Assembly (NCBI GenBank): GCA_026395915.1
Contig: JAPLXU010000015.1
Coordinates: 85-64,084, forward strand
Source: Candidatus Nomurabacteria bacterium
GTDB taxonomy: Bacteria > Patescibacteriota > Minisyncoccia > Phycocordibacterales > UBA9973
Direction of reading: 5' to 3'
Length of the DNA: 64,000 nt
The translations under genes and the position numbers were made by a program. Shown piece by piece: positions 29,701 through 38,184 of this stretch. Each line of letters opens with the position of its first letter. The first letter of the stretch is position 1. The notes beneath the pieces are model-generated. The model ran no database searches, had not been told where the DNA came from, and worked only from the letters and a program-made list of their open reading frames with translations.

Positions 29701-29944
29701 CTTTGCGACTTCCTGCTGTCATGTAGGCTTCAACCCCGATGATGGGCTTGATGCCTTCTTTCTTTGCGAGTTTGTAGAATTCAATAGCGCCATACATGTT
29801 GCCATGGTCGGTGAGAGCTATAGCTGGCATTTTGAATTTCTTGGCGAGGGCGATTAAATTCTCAATCTTCGATAGTCCGTCGAGCAGAGAGTAATGACTG
29901 TGCGTATGCAAATGTATGAATTTAACCTCTTTTTCCATTTCCAC
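26717..29944 (-). CDS. dnaE: DNA polymerase III alpha subunit
   Basis: PHP domain HLHTHSHYSLLDG, polymerase core GFGKAHAASY, 1075 aa. Confidence 0.9.
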   Translation of the reverse strand: MEMEKEVKFIHLHTHSHYSLLDGLSKIENLIALAKKFKMPAIALTDHGNMYGAIEFYKLAKKEGIKPIIGVEAYMTAGSRKDRTAEAGGTKRYYHLILLAKNLEGYKNLLKLVTIANLEGYYYKPRMDKEILRRHSGGLIALSGCLGGELSQTVLKGDMKKADELVLEYQDIFGKENYFIEIQCHPSVENDKAVRNSLVALAKKHGVSVVATQDSHYPCSDDHDAHHTLLQINTQGDAKDGAKFEFSDDDFSVISTEKALEIFKDVPEAVENTKKVADMCNLELELGKWVFPDFKIEDGKTPDEKMRELVYLGFDRLKIEKKPETLERVEYELKVIKDKGYAPYFLVVGDLLRHAKENGILTTIRGSVAGSMATYLLGITNVNPIEYKIPFERFLNPFRPSAPDIDMDYADNRRDEMIEYVKKKYGEDKVAQIGTFGTMMARGAVKDVARALGYPYAVGDRLSKMIPMGSQGMPMTIDHAMEMTPELKTAYNTEKDTKKIIDLAKKLEGCVRHISVHAAGVVISPLPLVEYVPLQYDPKGENKIITQYDMYNIEEAGLLKFDFLGIRNLSILADAVSLVKRFYNVNIDIENIPLDDKKTFRLLASGQTEGLFQLNGSGMTKYLKELKPTSIHDINAMVALYRPGPMESIPEYIKRKHNPKLVKYMDPRMKKYLGDSYGLIVYQDDLLLSAIELAGYNWEEADKFRKAVGKKIPAEMAAQREKLTKGIIKNGQTPEFAEKLWKLFEPFQAYGFGKAHAASYGKVAYQTAYMKANYPVEYMASILTAESGDVEKISEIIQECKNMNIPVLPPHINESYGGFTCLPEEKDTVISETNTSKKIRFGFYTIKNLGTDISDAIIRERKLNGKFKSITDFLDRIKHKNLNKKSLEALIKSGCMDEWGDRGIMLANGEAMLEYNHEGTKQNENQISLFGGANSIKAPEFKLQDAKVATQAEKLLWEKELLGLYISGHPLDRIREKLESRNMNIKKIKEEIGNGMQITIAGIIETARIVITKNNERMAFLKISDLTDSIEAVTFPSIFKESVDILIAEKCIALSGKVSLRNGEKSIIIEALKEV

Positions 29945-30024
29945 ATAATAGCATATTTTTTCTTAATCTTCCGAACACTTATTTCAGTATGGCAAAGAGT
30001 ATTTTGTGATATACTTAAAATGAT

Positions 30025-30372
30025 ATGGAAGAGCAAGGTGGCGGAATTCTTAAAAGAGATTTTAGAAAAGTGGCTTATGAAAAAGCTATCAAAAAAGCTG
30101 TCGATGGTCCATTTGCTTTAAATGCAAAAGATCATTTAGCTTTAGGTAGTACTCCGTCCTTTAAGTTGAAGAGTGATTCTGAAAAAGCGTTACATGAACT
30201 ACTTAGTGACACTGAGATTGAGGGCATTTTGGATGAAGCTAATAATCTAATTAATGATAGAAGTGTAGCGGAGTATATAAAAGAATCCCAAAGAGACTTT
30301 TTGTTAAAATCTATACCTTTCTTAAGAAGAATTGGCAAACTCCCCGAAAAATATAAAAATGTTCAAATTTAA
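30025..30372 (+). CDS. hypothetical protein
   Basis: 115-aa ORF, no motif recognised. Confidence 0.35.
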   Translation: MEEQGGGILKRDFRKVAYEKAIKKAVDGPFALNAKDHLALGSTPSFKLKSDSEKALHELLSDTEIEGILDEANNLINDRSVAEYIKESQRDFLLKSIPFLRRIGKLPEKYKNVQI

Positions 30373-30378
30373 TTCAAA

Positions 30379-30687
30379 ATGGAAATTAAAAATTTCACAA
30401 CGGATATAGATAAATTTTTAGATGGTTTAGAAAAGGGAGTAAGAAGCAGGGTTTTGCAGGTTTTTGATATGTTGGAACTATGTGGTAATGAAATTGGAAT
30501 GCCTTATAGTAAAAGTTTGGGCAGTGGACTTTTTGAACTACGCATATCTGGAAAAATTCATATAAGAATAATATATTGTTTTTATCAAAATAACGTTATT
30601 TTACTTCATGCCTTCATAAAAAAGGCTGACAAAATACCAAAAAAAGAGTTATATTTGGCTAAAAGAAGGCACAAATCAATTCTTTAA
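30379..30687 (+). CDS. RelE/ParE-superfamily toxin, HigB/Gp49-like
   Basis: size, position immediately 5' of an XRE-HTH gene, and the Gp49-like block ILLHAFIKKADKIPKKEL. Confidence 0.55.
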   Translation: MEIKNFTTDIDKFLDGLEKGVRSRVLQVFDMLELCGNEIGMPYSKSLGSGLFELRISGKIHIRIIYCFYQNNVILLHAFIKKADKIPKKELYLAKRRHKSIL

Positions 30688-30731
30688 CTTATTCACTTGC
30701 TTAATATAACACATATGTTATACTTAAAAGT

Positions 30732-31034
30732 ATGAATAAAGAACAAAAAAAATCAATAAAAGATATGACATCCTTTTCCGACTTGAGAAAAAAATGGATG
30801 AAAGATCCTGAGTTTAAAAAAGCCTATGATGATCTAGAGCCGGAGTTTGCTATTGTCCGCGCTATGATAAAAATGAGACTAAAAAACAAAATGTCTCAAA
30901 AAGATTTAGCGAAAAAACTTGGCACAAAACAACCCGCGATAGCTCGGTTTGAATCTGGAGCATATAATCCGACACTTTCATTCTTAAAAAAACTTTCAAC
31001 TGCGCTTGGTGGAAAATTAGAAATTAAAATTTGA
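30732..31034 (+). CDS. XRE-family HTH antitoxin (HigA-like)
   Basis: MSQKDLAKKLGTKQPAIARFESG is a canonical HTH_XRE. Confidence 0.65.
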   Translation: MNKEQKKSIKDMTSFSDLRKKWMKDPEFKKAYDDLEPEFAIVRAMIKMRLKNKMSQKDLAKKLGTKQPAIARFESGAYNPTLSFLKKLSTALGGKLEIKI

Positions 31035-31059
31035 TTTTAAAAGTGATATAATAAAATCT

Positions 31060-32103
31060 ATGAAAACAATCAAAGTTGGTATCAATGGTTTTGGGAGGAT
31101 AGGCAGAGCTTTTTTAAAAGTTGCTTGGGATAGGCCGGAGATAGAAATTGTGGCAGTTAACGATTTGGGTAGCGTAGAAAATATGGCATACCTTTTGAAA
31201 CATGACACGGTTTATCGAGAATGGAAACATCCCATTAGAGCCGAAGTCTCTAACGGGACAGGCGAGAATTATATTGTGGTTGGTGATAGAAAGGTAAAAG
31301 TTTTGGCGGAAAAAGAACCGAACAAACTTCCTTGGAAAAATTTGGGCGTTGACGTGGTGGTAGAGTCAACTGGACTTTTTACTTCTTACGATAAAGCAAA
31401 AATGCATTTGGATGCGGGCGCAAAGAAAGTTGTTATTTCCGCTCCCGCCAAAGAAGGAGATGGCAGTGTGAAAGGTGAAACTATTTTGCTCGGAGTTAAT
31501 GAAGAAAAATTCGGTATTTGTGACATCACTTCGAATGCGTCTTGCACGACGAACGCAGCTTCGCCGTTAATCGCAATAATGGACGAAAGCCTCGGCATCG
31601 AGAAAGCGATATTAAATACTGTGCACGGTTATACTGCCAGCCAGGGAATTGTAGATGGACCGAACAAAAAAGATTTCCGAGAAGGTCGCGCGGCGGCACA
31701 GAACATTGTGCCTAGTTCGACGGGAGCGGCGATAGCTGTAACCAAAGCATTTACAAAATTGGAAGGACTTTTTGATGGCATTTCAATGCGTGTGCCCGTT
31801 CCGGCAGGATCCATCGTTGACATCACTTTTATTTCAAAGAAGAATACGACAGCCGAAGAGGTGAATAGCATTTTGAAAAAAGCATCGCAAGAAAAAAGAT
31901 GGGAGGGGATTTTCAATGTTACAGAAGAAGAACTCGTCTCGAGCGATATTTTAGGAAGTCCGTACGGCTCAATAGCCGATTTGAAAATGACTAGAGTTGT
32001 CGGAGGGAATCTTGTGAAAGTTATGGGCTGGTATGATAATGAAATGGGGTATACGTTTACTCTAGTCGAACATGTTATTAAAACAGGTGGGACAATAAAA
32101 TAA
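31060..32103 (+). CDS. gap: glyceraldehyde-3-phosphate dehydrogenase, type I
   Basis: IKVGINGFGRIGR and active site SNASCTTN; TGATATAAT at 31044-31052 is 7 nt from the ATG. Confidence 0.9.
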   Translation: MKTIKVGINGFGRIGRAFLKVAWDRPEIEIVAVNDLGSVENMAYLLKHDTVYREWKHPIRAEVSNGTGENYIVVGDRKVKVLAEKEPNKLPWKNLGVDVVVESTGLFTSYDKAKMHLDAGAKKVVISAPAKEGDGSVKGETILLGVNEEKFGICDITSNASCTTNAASPLIAIMDESLGIEKAILNTVHGYTASQGIVDGPNKKDFREGRAAAQNIVPSSTGAAIAVTKAFTKLEGLFDGISMRVPVPAGSIVDITFISKKNTTAEEVNSILKKASQEKRWEGIFNVTEEELVSSDILGSPYGSIADLKMTRVVGGNLVKVMGWYDNEMGYTFTLVEHVIKTGGTIK

Positions 32104-32145
32104 TAATTTATAGAAATAAAATAGGATCTGTGTTATAATTATCTT

Positions 32146-32376
32146 ATGCAAAAAAATAATTTATCTTTTAATCTTCCCGTTGTGATTACCAAGCAAAATA
32201 AGCGTTTTGTGGCTTTTACTCCTGCGCTTGATTTGTCTACTTCTGGGAAATCTGTGAAAGAAGCAAAAAAAAGATTTATCGAAATGGCTAATCTTTTTCT
32301 GGAAGAGATATTTGAAGCTAAAACTGCAGATGATGTTTTATCCGAATTAGGTTGGAAAGGCAGTGTAGTATTATAA
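32146..32376 (+). CDS. HicB-like/UPF0150 antitoxin-fold protein (orphan)
   Basis: NLPVVITKQNKRFVAFTPALDLSTSGKSVKEAKKRFIEMANLFLEE matches the HicB N-terminal pattern; no hicA seen. Confidence 0.45.
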   Translation: MQKNNLSFNLPVVITKQNKRFVAFTPALDLSTSGKSVKEAKKRFIEMANLFLEEIFEAKTADDVLSELGWKGSVVL

Positions 32377-32393
32377 TGGTAATATTAAAATAT

Positions 32394-32654
32394 ATGCGAA
32401 AGAATCGATATATGATTATTTTGGGATTGACTACAGCGTTGGTTATATTTTTTGTTTCCTCCTCATACATTCGATTAACACCCCTTTTTTATATAATCCC
32501 AACCTTCTTGATTCTTTTTGGTATAATTAGTTATACTAAATTAAATAAAAAATGGGTAGCTGTGATTTCATTGGGTGTAATTGCAATTGTTGTTCTCATT
32601 CTTGTTTTTTTTAGTTGGATGTCGACTCACCCTTTTAGTGGATTTATAACATAA
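32394..32654 (+). CDS. small membrane protein
   Basis: three hydrophobic helices; start trimmed to ATG 32394. Confidence 0.4.
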   Translation: MRKNRYMIILGLTTALVIFFVSSSYIRLTPLFYIIPTFLILFGIISYTKLNKKWVAVISLGVIAIVVLILVFFSWMSTHPFSGFIT

Positions 32655-32666
32655 TAAAAAAATAAT

Positions 32667-33146
32667 ATGAAAATTTACGTTGGAACAGATCATGCGGGGT
32701 ATGTGCTCAAGGAACATCTTGTGACTTCTTTAAAAGGCGCGGGGTATGAGGTTGAAGACATGGGCGCTTTTGGATATAACGAGGAAGATGATTATCCGGA
32801 TTTTGTCATGCCGGTTGCGCGCGCTGTTTCGAAAAATCCAGACAGCGTCAAAGGCATCATCCTTGGCGGGACAGGGGAAGGAGAAGCGATCGCCGCGAAC
32901 AAATTTCCTCACGTCAGAGCTGTCGTTTATTATGGAAAAGCAAAGCCAGTCGTGGATGACGAGTCGGATATCATAGTCAGATCAAGGCAACATAATAATG
33001 CAAACATTCTTTCCATTGGCGCCAGATATTTTACAGAAGATGAAATGATGGAAGCAGTCAATCTTTGGCTTGCGACTCCTTACAGCGAAGGCGAGAGGCA
33101 TATTCGTCGGCTAGCAAAGATAGACGCAGTTCAGATAGATAAATAA
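32667..33146 (+). CDS. rpiB: ribose-5-phosphate isomerase B
   Basis: MKIYVGTDHAGY...GIILGGTGEGEAIAANKFPHVRA aligns with RpiB/LacAB. Confidence 0.85.
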   Translation: MKIYVGTDHAGYVLKEHLVTSLKGAGYEVEDMGAFGYNEEDDYPDFVMPVARAVSKNPDSVKGIILGGTGEGEAIAANKFPHVRAVVYYGKAKPVVDDESDIIVRSRQHNNANILSIGARYFTEDEMMEAVNLWLATPYSEGERHIRRLAKIDAVQIDK

Positions 33147-33154
33147 ACATAATT

Positions 33155-33862
33155 ATGGCTGAAATAATTCCGGCGATATTAGAAAAAAATTTTAATGAAA
33201 TAAAAAACAAGCTTACGGCCTTGCGTGAGCAAACGAAGTGTGTACACATTGACGTTTGCGATGGCGTCTTTGTGCCAAGCGTGTCTTGGCCTTTTGGCTT
33301 AGGTCATTTGGGCGGGTTTGAAGATTTTGATTTTCAAAAAATTATGAATGAAGAAGAGGGGATGCCGTTTTGGGAAGATTTTGATTTTGAATTTGATTTG
33401 ATGGTGGCGGACGCGATAAAAAATTTTGATTTGTATTTGAAGTTAGGTGGCAAGAGAATTATTTTTCATCTAGGCGAAGGAGATGATGTTGAAAAACTCG
33501 AACATTTCTTGGAAGGACTCGATATGTATGTGCGAGACATGGTGGAAATTGGCGTTGCTTTCAAGCCGAGTGATGATTTGTCGATAGTGTCTAGACTTTC
33601 TCACAAGGCTGATTTTCTACATTGCATGGGTTCTGATAAAGTCGGTTTCCAAGGAGAAAAATTTTCTGACAAGGCGCTCGAGAATATAAAGTTTCTCAAA
33701 AAAGATTTGCCTGGAATTGTGATATCGGTGGATATTGGTATCAATTTGGAAAATGCGCAAAGCATACTGGACGCTGGGGCGGACAGGCTAGTCATAGGTT
33801 CTAGCATTTGGAAAAATGGAGACCCAATCGGCGCTCTCCAAGCTTTTCAAAATCTGGTATAG
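33155..33862 (+). CDS. rpe: ribulose-phosphate 3-epimerase family protein
   Basis: IIPAILEKN, HIDVCDGVFVPS, DLMV, VDIG and AGADRLVIGSSIW correspond to Rpe blocks; contains an acidic insertion. Confidence 0.65.
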   Translation: MAEIIPAILEKNFNEIKNKLTALREQTKCVHIDVCDGVFVPSVSWPFGLGHLGGFEDFDFQKIMNEEEGMPFWEDFDFEFDLMVADAIKNFDLYLKLGGKRIIFHLGEGDDVEKLEHFLEGLDMYVRDMVEIGVAFKPSDDLSIVSRLSHKADFLHCMGSDKVGFQGEKFSDKALENIKFLKKDLPGIVISVDIGINLENAQSILDAGADRLVIGSSIWKNGDPIGALQAFQNLV

Positions 33863-33869
33863 TATTTTC

Positions 33870-34214
33870 ATGAATATAAAAATAATAGACAAGAAAATAA
33901 AAGAATCGGAACTTCGCGAGATTGCTAAAGAATTTTATGGAAATTTAATAAAAGGCGTGGTGGATATTGATCGAGAAATTCTAGCTATGGGCGGGGAATA
34001 TCATATGGATGCAAATGTTGTTCTTGTTGAAAATGGCTCTAAACAAAAAGATATTTGGGGTTTCAACTGGTATTTTGACAAAGAAGGAGATGGGCGGATT
34101 GAATATGTGTCTTTGATAAATATCCGCCCAAAACAAAACAACAGGACTATGGAGGTGCAAAATGTTTATTTGCGTGATAAAATGAAATCAGTAATATTAA
34201 GATATATATCATGA
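33870..34214 (+). CDS. hypothetical protein
   Basis: ORF; start moved to ATG 33870 to avoid overlap with rpe. Confidence 0.4.
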   Translation: MNIKIIDKKIKESELREIAKEFYGNLIKGVVDIDREILAMGGEYHMDANVVLVENGSKQKDIWGFNWYFDKEGDGRIEYVSLINIRPKQNNRTMEVQNVYLRDKMKSVILRYIS

Positions 34215-34501
34215 ACACAACTCGCACACCACTTTTCTATATGGCAAACCTTGGCAGCGAAATTTCTCGCGCTCTTTTGGAGTATGAAAAAAAAGATTTT
34301 CAAAAGATGCGAGACTCTATACTTCGCGCGGAAGACATAATAAAGAAAATTAAAGAGTTCGAAGAAATGAAAGGCAGGACTGGTGAGCTTGAAATTCTTA
34401 AATCAATTATTGCTGATCTAAATCAAAAGAAATTTGAAATCAACAAAGATCAATTGCTTAGTTATTTTAATCCGTTTGTAGATCGTTTAATGTCTTTATA
34501 G
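34211..34501 (+). CDS. hypothetical protein
   Basis: 96-aa ORF with 4-bp overlap coupling to the previous gene. Confidence 0.35.
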   Translation: MNTTRTPLFYMANLGSEISRALLEYEKKDFQKMRDSILRAEDIIKKIKEFEEMKGRTGELEILKSIIADLNQKKFEINKDQLLSYFNPFVDRLMSL

Positions 34502-34504
34502 TTT

Positions 34505-34533
34505 TTAACAATTATGTATGCAAAAAATATTAA
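34505..34533 (+). promoter_or_regulatory. sigma70-like promoter candidate (-35 TTAACA, 17-nt spacer, -10 TATTAA) placing the TSS a few nt before (GA)8 copy 2
   Basis: hexamers read directly. Confidence 0.3.
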
Positions 34534-34545
34534 ATCTGCATTTTA

Positions 34546-34565
34546 CGAGAGAGAGAGAGAGTAAA
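34546..34565 (+). promoter_or_regulatory. conserved motif CGAGAGAGAGAGAGAGTAAA copy 2, followed by hairpin ATCGC-ctc-GCGAT and a T-rich tract
   Basis: identical 20-mer to 126-145. Confidence 0.5.
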
Positions 34566-34611
34566 ATCGCCTCGCGATTTTAATTTTGGTTTCGTCAAAG
34601 CCGTTGCGGTT

Positions 34612-36168
34612 TTGTTCTGCGTCGGTTTTTTGTTGCTTGGATTATTTGGATTTGCTAATCACGCCAGCGCGACCACCTATGTTTATCAATCTCAATTCGG
34701 GACAAGCGGTTCAAGTAACGGACAATTCAGTACTCCCTACGGTATAGCAGTATCAGCTTCAGCTGGGAAGATTTATGTTACTGATTATGGAAATAGTCGC
34801 GTTCAAGTTTTCAACTCTTCAGGAGTTTTTCAATCGCAGTTCGGAAGTTTTGGCACAGGAGACGGACAATTTAAATATCCAACTGGTATAGCTGTAGATT
34901 CTTCAGGCTATATGTATGTTGTTGATTCTGGTAACAATCGCATTGAAGTTTTTAATCCCTCAGGTGTCCTTATATCAAAGTTTGGGAGATCTGGATCTGG
35001 CAATGGTAGACTCCTCAACCCAGCTGGTATAGCGGTAGATTCTTCCGGGAACATATATGTCGTTGATTCTGGAAATTATCGTGTTCAGGTCTTTAACCCC
35101 TTTTATGCTTATCAGTCATCATTCGGAACGCATGGCTCAGGCAATGGGCAATTCAATAATCCTTATGGCATCGCGCTAGATTCTTCAGGTAACATATATG
35201 TGTCTGACTATGATAATAAAAATATTCAGATTTTTAACTCCTCTGGCGTCTATCAATCTCAGTTTGGGAGTTTAGGTTCAGGAGATGAACAGTTTAATTA
35301 TCCTCAAGGCGTAGCAATATTATCTTCCTCGGGAAACATATATGTGCTTGATTCTGGCAATAATCGCGTTGAAGTATTTTCACCAGTAACCTCCCACACC
35401 ATCACAGCCACAGCCGGCGCCAACGGCACCATTTCTCTCACAGGAGACACAAGCGTAGACGACGGGGCTTCCCAAACCTTCACCATCACCCCAGACGTAA
35501 GTTATCACATAGCCAGTGTCCTAGTAGACGGCATCTATCAAGGAGTCCTTCCAACCTACACTTTCACAAACGTCACCACCACCCACATAATCTCTGCCAC
35601 CTTCGCAATCACTACTCACACTCTTACTCCAACAGCAAATGGCTACGGCACCATCTCTCCATCCACAACTACCACAATCAATGACGGAGACTCTCAAACC
35701 TTTACCATCACCCCAAACAACGGTTACCGCATCTCTGACGTTACAGTAGACGGAATTTCTCAAGGATCTATTTCTTCCTACACTTTTTCAAATGTTACAA
35801 CCAATCACACAATCACAGTCTCTTTCGTCCGTCGTCCAACCGGTCGTCCTTATGTTCCTCCTGCACCAGTTGCTCTTCCGCCAGTCACAACCCCTCCAGT
35901 AATTACAATCACTCCACCTTCAACAAATCCAACAACCACAACTTACAATTTCGGAACCACTACTCTCAAAAACGGCAGCCGTGGCGAACCAGTCAAAGAA
36001 CTCCAAAGATTCTTGAATGCTAAACTCAATCTTAATTTAACCATTGATGGCAAACTAGGTCCAAAGACTATCACTGTCATCAAAGCATGGCAGAAAGCTC
36101 ATGGTTTAACCCCTGATGGACTTATTGGAGCAAAGACAAAAGCAAAAATGAATGCCTCAGTTAATTAA
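34612..36168 (+). CDS. secreted NHL-repeat (six-bladed beta-propeller) protein with two Ig-like repeats and C-terminal peptidoglycan-binding domain
   Basis: six repeats of GxxGxGxGQFxxPxGIAVDSSGNIYVxDxGNNRVQVF; C-terminal RGEPVKELQRFLN...DGKLGPKTITVIKAWQKAHGLTPDGLIGAKT. Confidence 0.8.
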   Translation: MFCVGFLLLGLFGFANHASATTYVYQSQFGTSGSSNGQFSTPYGIAVSASAGKIYVTDYGNSRVQVFNSSGVFQSQFGSFGTGDGQFKYPTGIAVDSSGYMYVVDSGNNRIEVFNPSGVLISKFGRSGSGNGRLLNPAGIAVDSSGNIYVVDSGNYRVQVFNPFYAYQSSFGTHGSGNGQFNNPYGIALDSSGNIYVSDYDNKNIQIFNSSGVYQSQFGSLGSGDEQFNYPQGVAILSSSGNIYVLDSGNNRVEVFSPVTSHTITATAGANGTISLTGDTSVDDGASQTFTITPDVSYHIASVLVDGIYQGVLPTYTFTNVTTTHIISATFAITTHTLTPTANGYGTISPSTTTTINDGDSQTFTITPNNGYRISDVTVDGISQGSISSYTFSNVTTNHTITVSFVRRPTGRPYVPPAPVALPPVTTPPVITITPPSTNPTTTTYNFGTTTLKNGSRGEPVKELQRFLNAKLNLNLTIDGKLGPKTITVIKAWQKAHGLTPDGLIGAKTKAKMNASVN

Positions 36169-36206
36169 ATAGTGTTTTTTTATATTTGAGTGGTATAATT
36201 GGTGTA

Positions 36207-37073
36207 ATGTTTTTAACTGATGAAAAAATAAAAGAACTTGGGATCAAAGCGAACGATATTCGTAAAAGTATTATTGAGATGCTTGTGGAAGCAGGAAGTG
36301 GACACACAGCAGGGCCTCTAGGGATGGCTGATATTTTTACTCTTTTTTATTTTCATATCTTAAAGCACGATCCAAAAAATCCTGAATGGGAAAAACGTGA
36401 CAGAGTGGTGCTCAGTAATGGGCACATTTGTCCGGTCTTGTATGCGACGTTGGCGCATGCCGGATATTTTCCACTTGAAGAATTAAAAACTTTGCGCAAG
36501 TTCGGCTCTCGGCTTCAGGGGCATCCTTGGCGGGAACTTTTGCCAATATTAGAAACTTCGTCTGGACCTCTTGGCGCTGGACTCTCGCAAGCTGTCGGTA
36601 TGGCGCTCGCTGGTAAGATGGATAACAAAGACAAAGATGGTTCGACTTTGCTCACCACAAGCAGATTTATTTATTGTTTTATGTCCGATGGTGAGCTCGA
36701 CGAGGGGAATTCTTGGGAGGCTATAATGTTTGCTAGTAAAAATAAGCTGAGAAATTTAATTGCCATTGTTGATAGAAATAAAATTCAAATAGATGGCCCA
36801 ACAGAAAGTATTATGCCTCTCGAACCTCTTGCGTATAAATGGCGAGCTTTTAATTGGCACGTGATAGAAGTTTCCGGACATGATTTCAAAGCGTTGAACG
36901 AAGCAGTTGAAGAAGCGCAAGCTGTTACTGACAAGCCGACTGTCATAATCGCTCACACGATACCGGGCAAAGGCGTGAAAGAATTTGAAAACGATTATAG
37001 ATGGCACGGCAAAGCGCCGAACAAAGAAGAAGGCAAAAAAGCGCTTGAAGAACTTTCAGCTTTAAGGTTTTAA
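36207..37073 (+). CDS. transketolase N-terminal (TPP-binding) subunit
   Basis: SGHTAGPLGMADIF and GELDEGNSWEA; TGGTATAAT at 36191-36199 argues for ATG 36207 rather than TTG 36186. Confidence 0.85.
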   Translation: MFLTDEKIKELGIKANDIRKSIIEMLVEAGSGHTAGPLGMADIFTLFYFHILKHDPKNPEWEKRDRVVLSNGHICPVLYATLAHAGYFPLEELKTLRKFGSRLQGHPWRELLPILETSSGPLGAGLSQAVGMALAGKMDNKDKDGSTLLTTSRFIYCFMSDGELDEGNSWEAIMFASKNKLRNLIAIVDRNKIQIDGPTESIMPLEPLAYKWRAFNWHVIEVSGHDFKALNEAVEEAQAVTDKPTVIIAHTIPGKGVKEFENDYRWHGKAPNKEEGKKALEELSALRF

Positions 37074-37088
37074 AATAATTTATTTTTT

Positions 37089-38087
37089 ATGCTTAACGCA
37101 AAATTAAAACTTAATCCGAAGATTTTCAATCAAGATTGTGAACAAGTGCCTATTAGAAAAGGTTTCGGGCTAGGTTTGGTTTTGGCAGGGGAAGCAGACA
37201 AAAATGTCGTAGCTCTTTGCGCGGATCTGACCGAATCAACGCAGATGAATTTTTTCAAGGAAAAGTTTCCAGAACGTTTTGTTGAAGTCGGCGTGGCGGA
37301 GCAGAATTTGGTGACGATAGCTTCCGGCATATCAGCGATGAAGAAGATTCCTTTCTGTTCTTCTTACGCGATGTTCAGTCCGGGCAGAAATTGGGAGCAA
37401 ATAAGGACGACGATAGCCTATAATGACAGAAAAGTGATAATTGTCGGTTCCCACGGAGGTGTTTCTGTCGGACCGGATGGCGCTACTCATCAAGCTCTCG
37501 AAGATATTGCTTTGATGAGAGTGATGCCGAACATTGATGTAGTTTCTCCTTGCGACGCGCTCGAGGCGAAAAGGGCGACTATCGAATTGGCGAAAAGCAA
37601 GAAGCCGGCGTATCTGCGTTTAGCTCGCGAAAAGACGCCGATAATCACTACCGAAGAAACTCCTTTCGAATTAGGCAAGGCGGAAATTTATTGGTTACCG
37701 GATGTTGGACTCGCGCAAGTTGGCATAATTGTTACTGGCGGTCTCTTGTATCGAGCGCTTATTACAGCGAAAGAATTAGAGGTCGAAGGAATAAAAATTA
37801 AAGTAATGAATCTCTCTAGTATTAAACCGATAGACGCGAATGCCATCATTGCTCTCGCAAGAGAGACAAAAGCGATAGTGACTGTTGAAGAACATCAAGT
37901 CGCTGGAGGTATGGGGAGCGCGGTGGCGGAAGTTCTTGCAAAGAATTATCCTGTGCCTATGGTATTCATAGGAGTTCAAGACAAATTTGGTCAATCCGGC
38001 ACGCCAGACGAGCTAGTGGAATATTACGGCATGGGCAAAAATTCAATAAAAGAAGCGGTGAAAAGGGTTTTACAGAGAAAAGTATAG
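37089..38087 (+). CDS. transketolase C-terminal (pyrimidine-binding) subunit
   Basis: FVEVGVAEQNLVTIASG, GGVSVGPDGATHQALEDIA. Confidence 0.85.
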   Translation: MLNAKLKLNPKIFNQDCEQVPIRKGFGLGLVLAGEADKNVVALCADLTESTQMNFFKEKFPERFVEVGVAEQNLVTIASGISAMKKIPFCSSYAMFSPGRNWEQIRTTIAYNDRKVIIVGSHGGVSVGPDGATHQALEDIALMRVMPNIDVVSPCDALEAKRATIELAKSKKPAYLRLAREKTPIITTEETPFELGKAEIYWLPDVGLAQVGIIVTGGLLYRALITAKELEVEGIKIKVMNLSSIKPIDANAIIALARETKAIVTVEEHQVAGGMGSAVAEVLAKNYPVPMVFIGVQDKFGQSGTPDELVEYYGMGKNSIKEAVKRVLQRKV

Positions 38088-38184
38088 AACGAACTTTTTT
38101 CGGTACAGATTTTTTGAAGCTTAAAAAATCCTGAAGTTCTCGGCTCGTCAGCCTCGAAACCCCTCCAAAAGTTGTTCTATACTT
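38080..38184. repeat. copy B of the conserved 70-nt element (core 38094-38163, inverted relative to copy A) closed by an 11-bp helix AAGTATAGAAC / GTTCTATACTT
   Basis: see copy A; sits between convergent tkt and pfkB-family genes. Confidence 0.8.

Noticed and set aside
36186-36206. TTG start at 36186 for the transketolase N-subunit and similar upstream-extended starts (17981, 9884, 32352, 33816, 46680, 62118)
   Set aside because: The extensions overlap upstream genes or contain the promoter -10 box itself. Downstream ATGs placed 6-8 nt after a -10 element were preferred.
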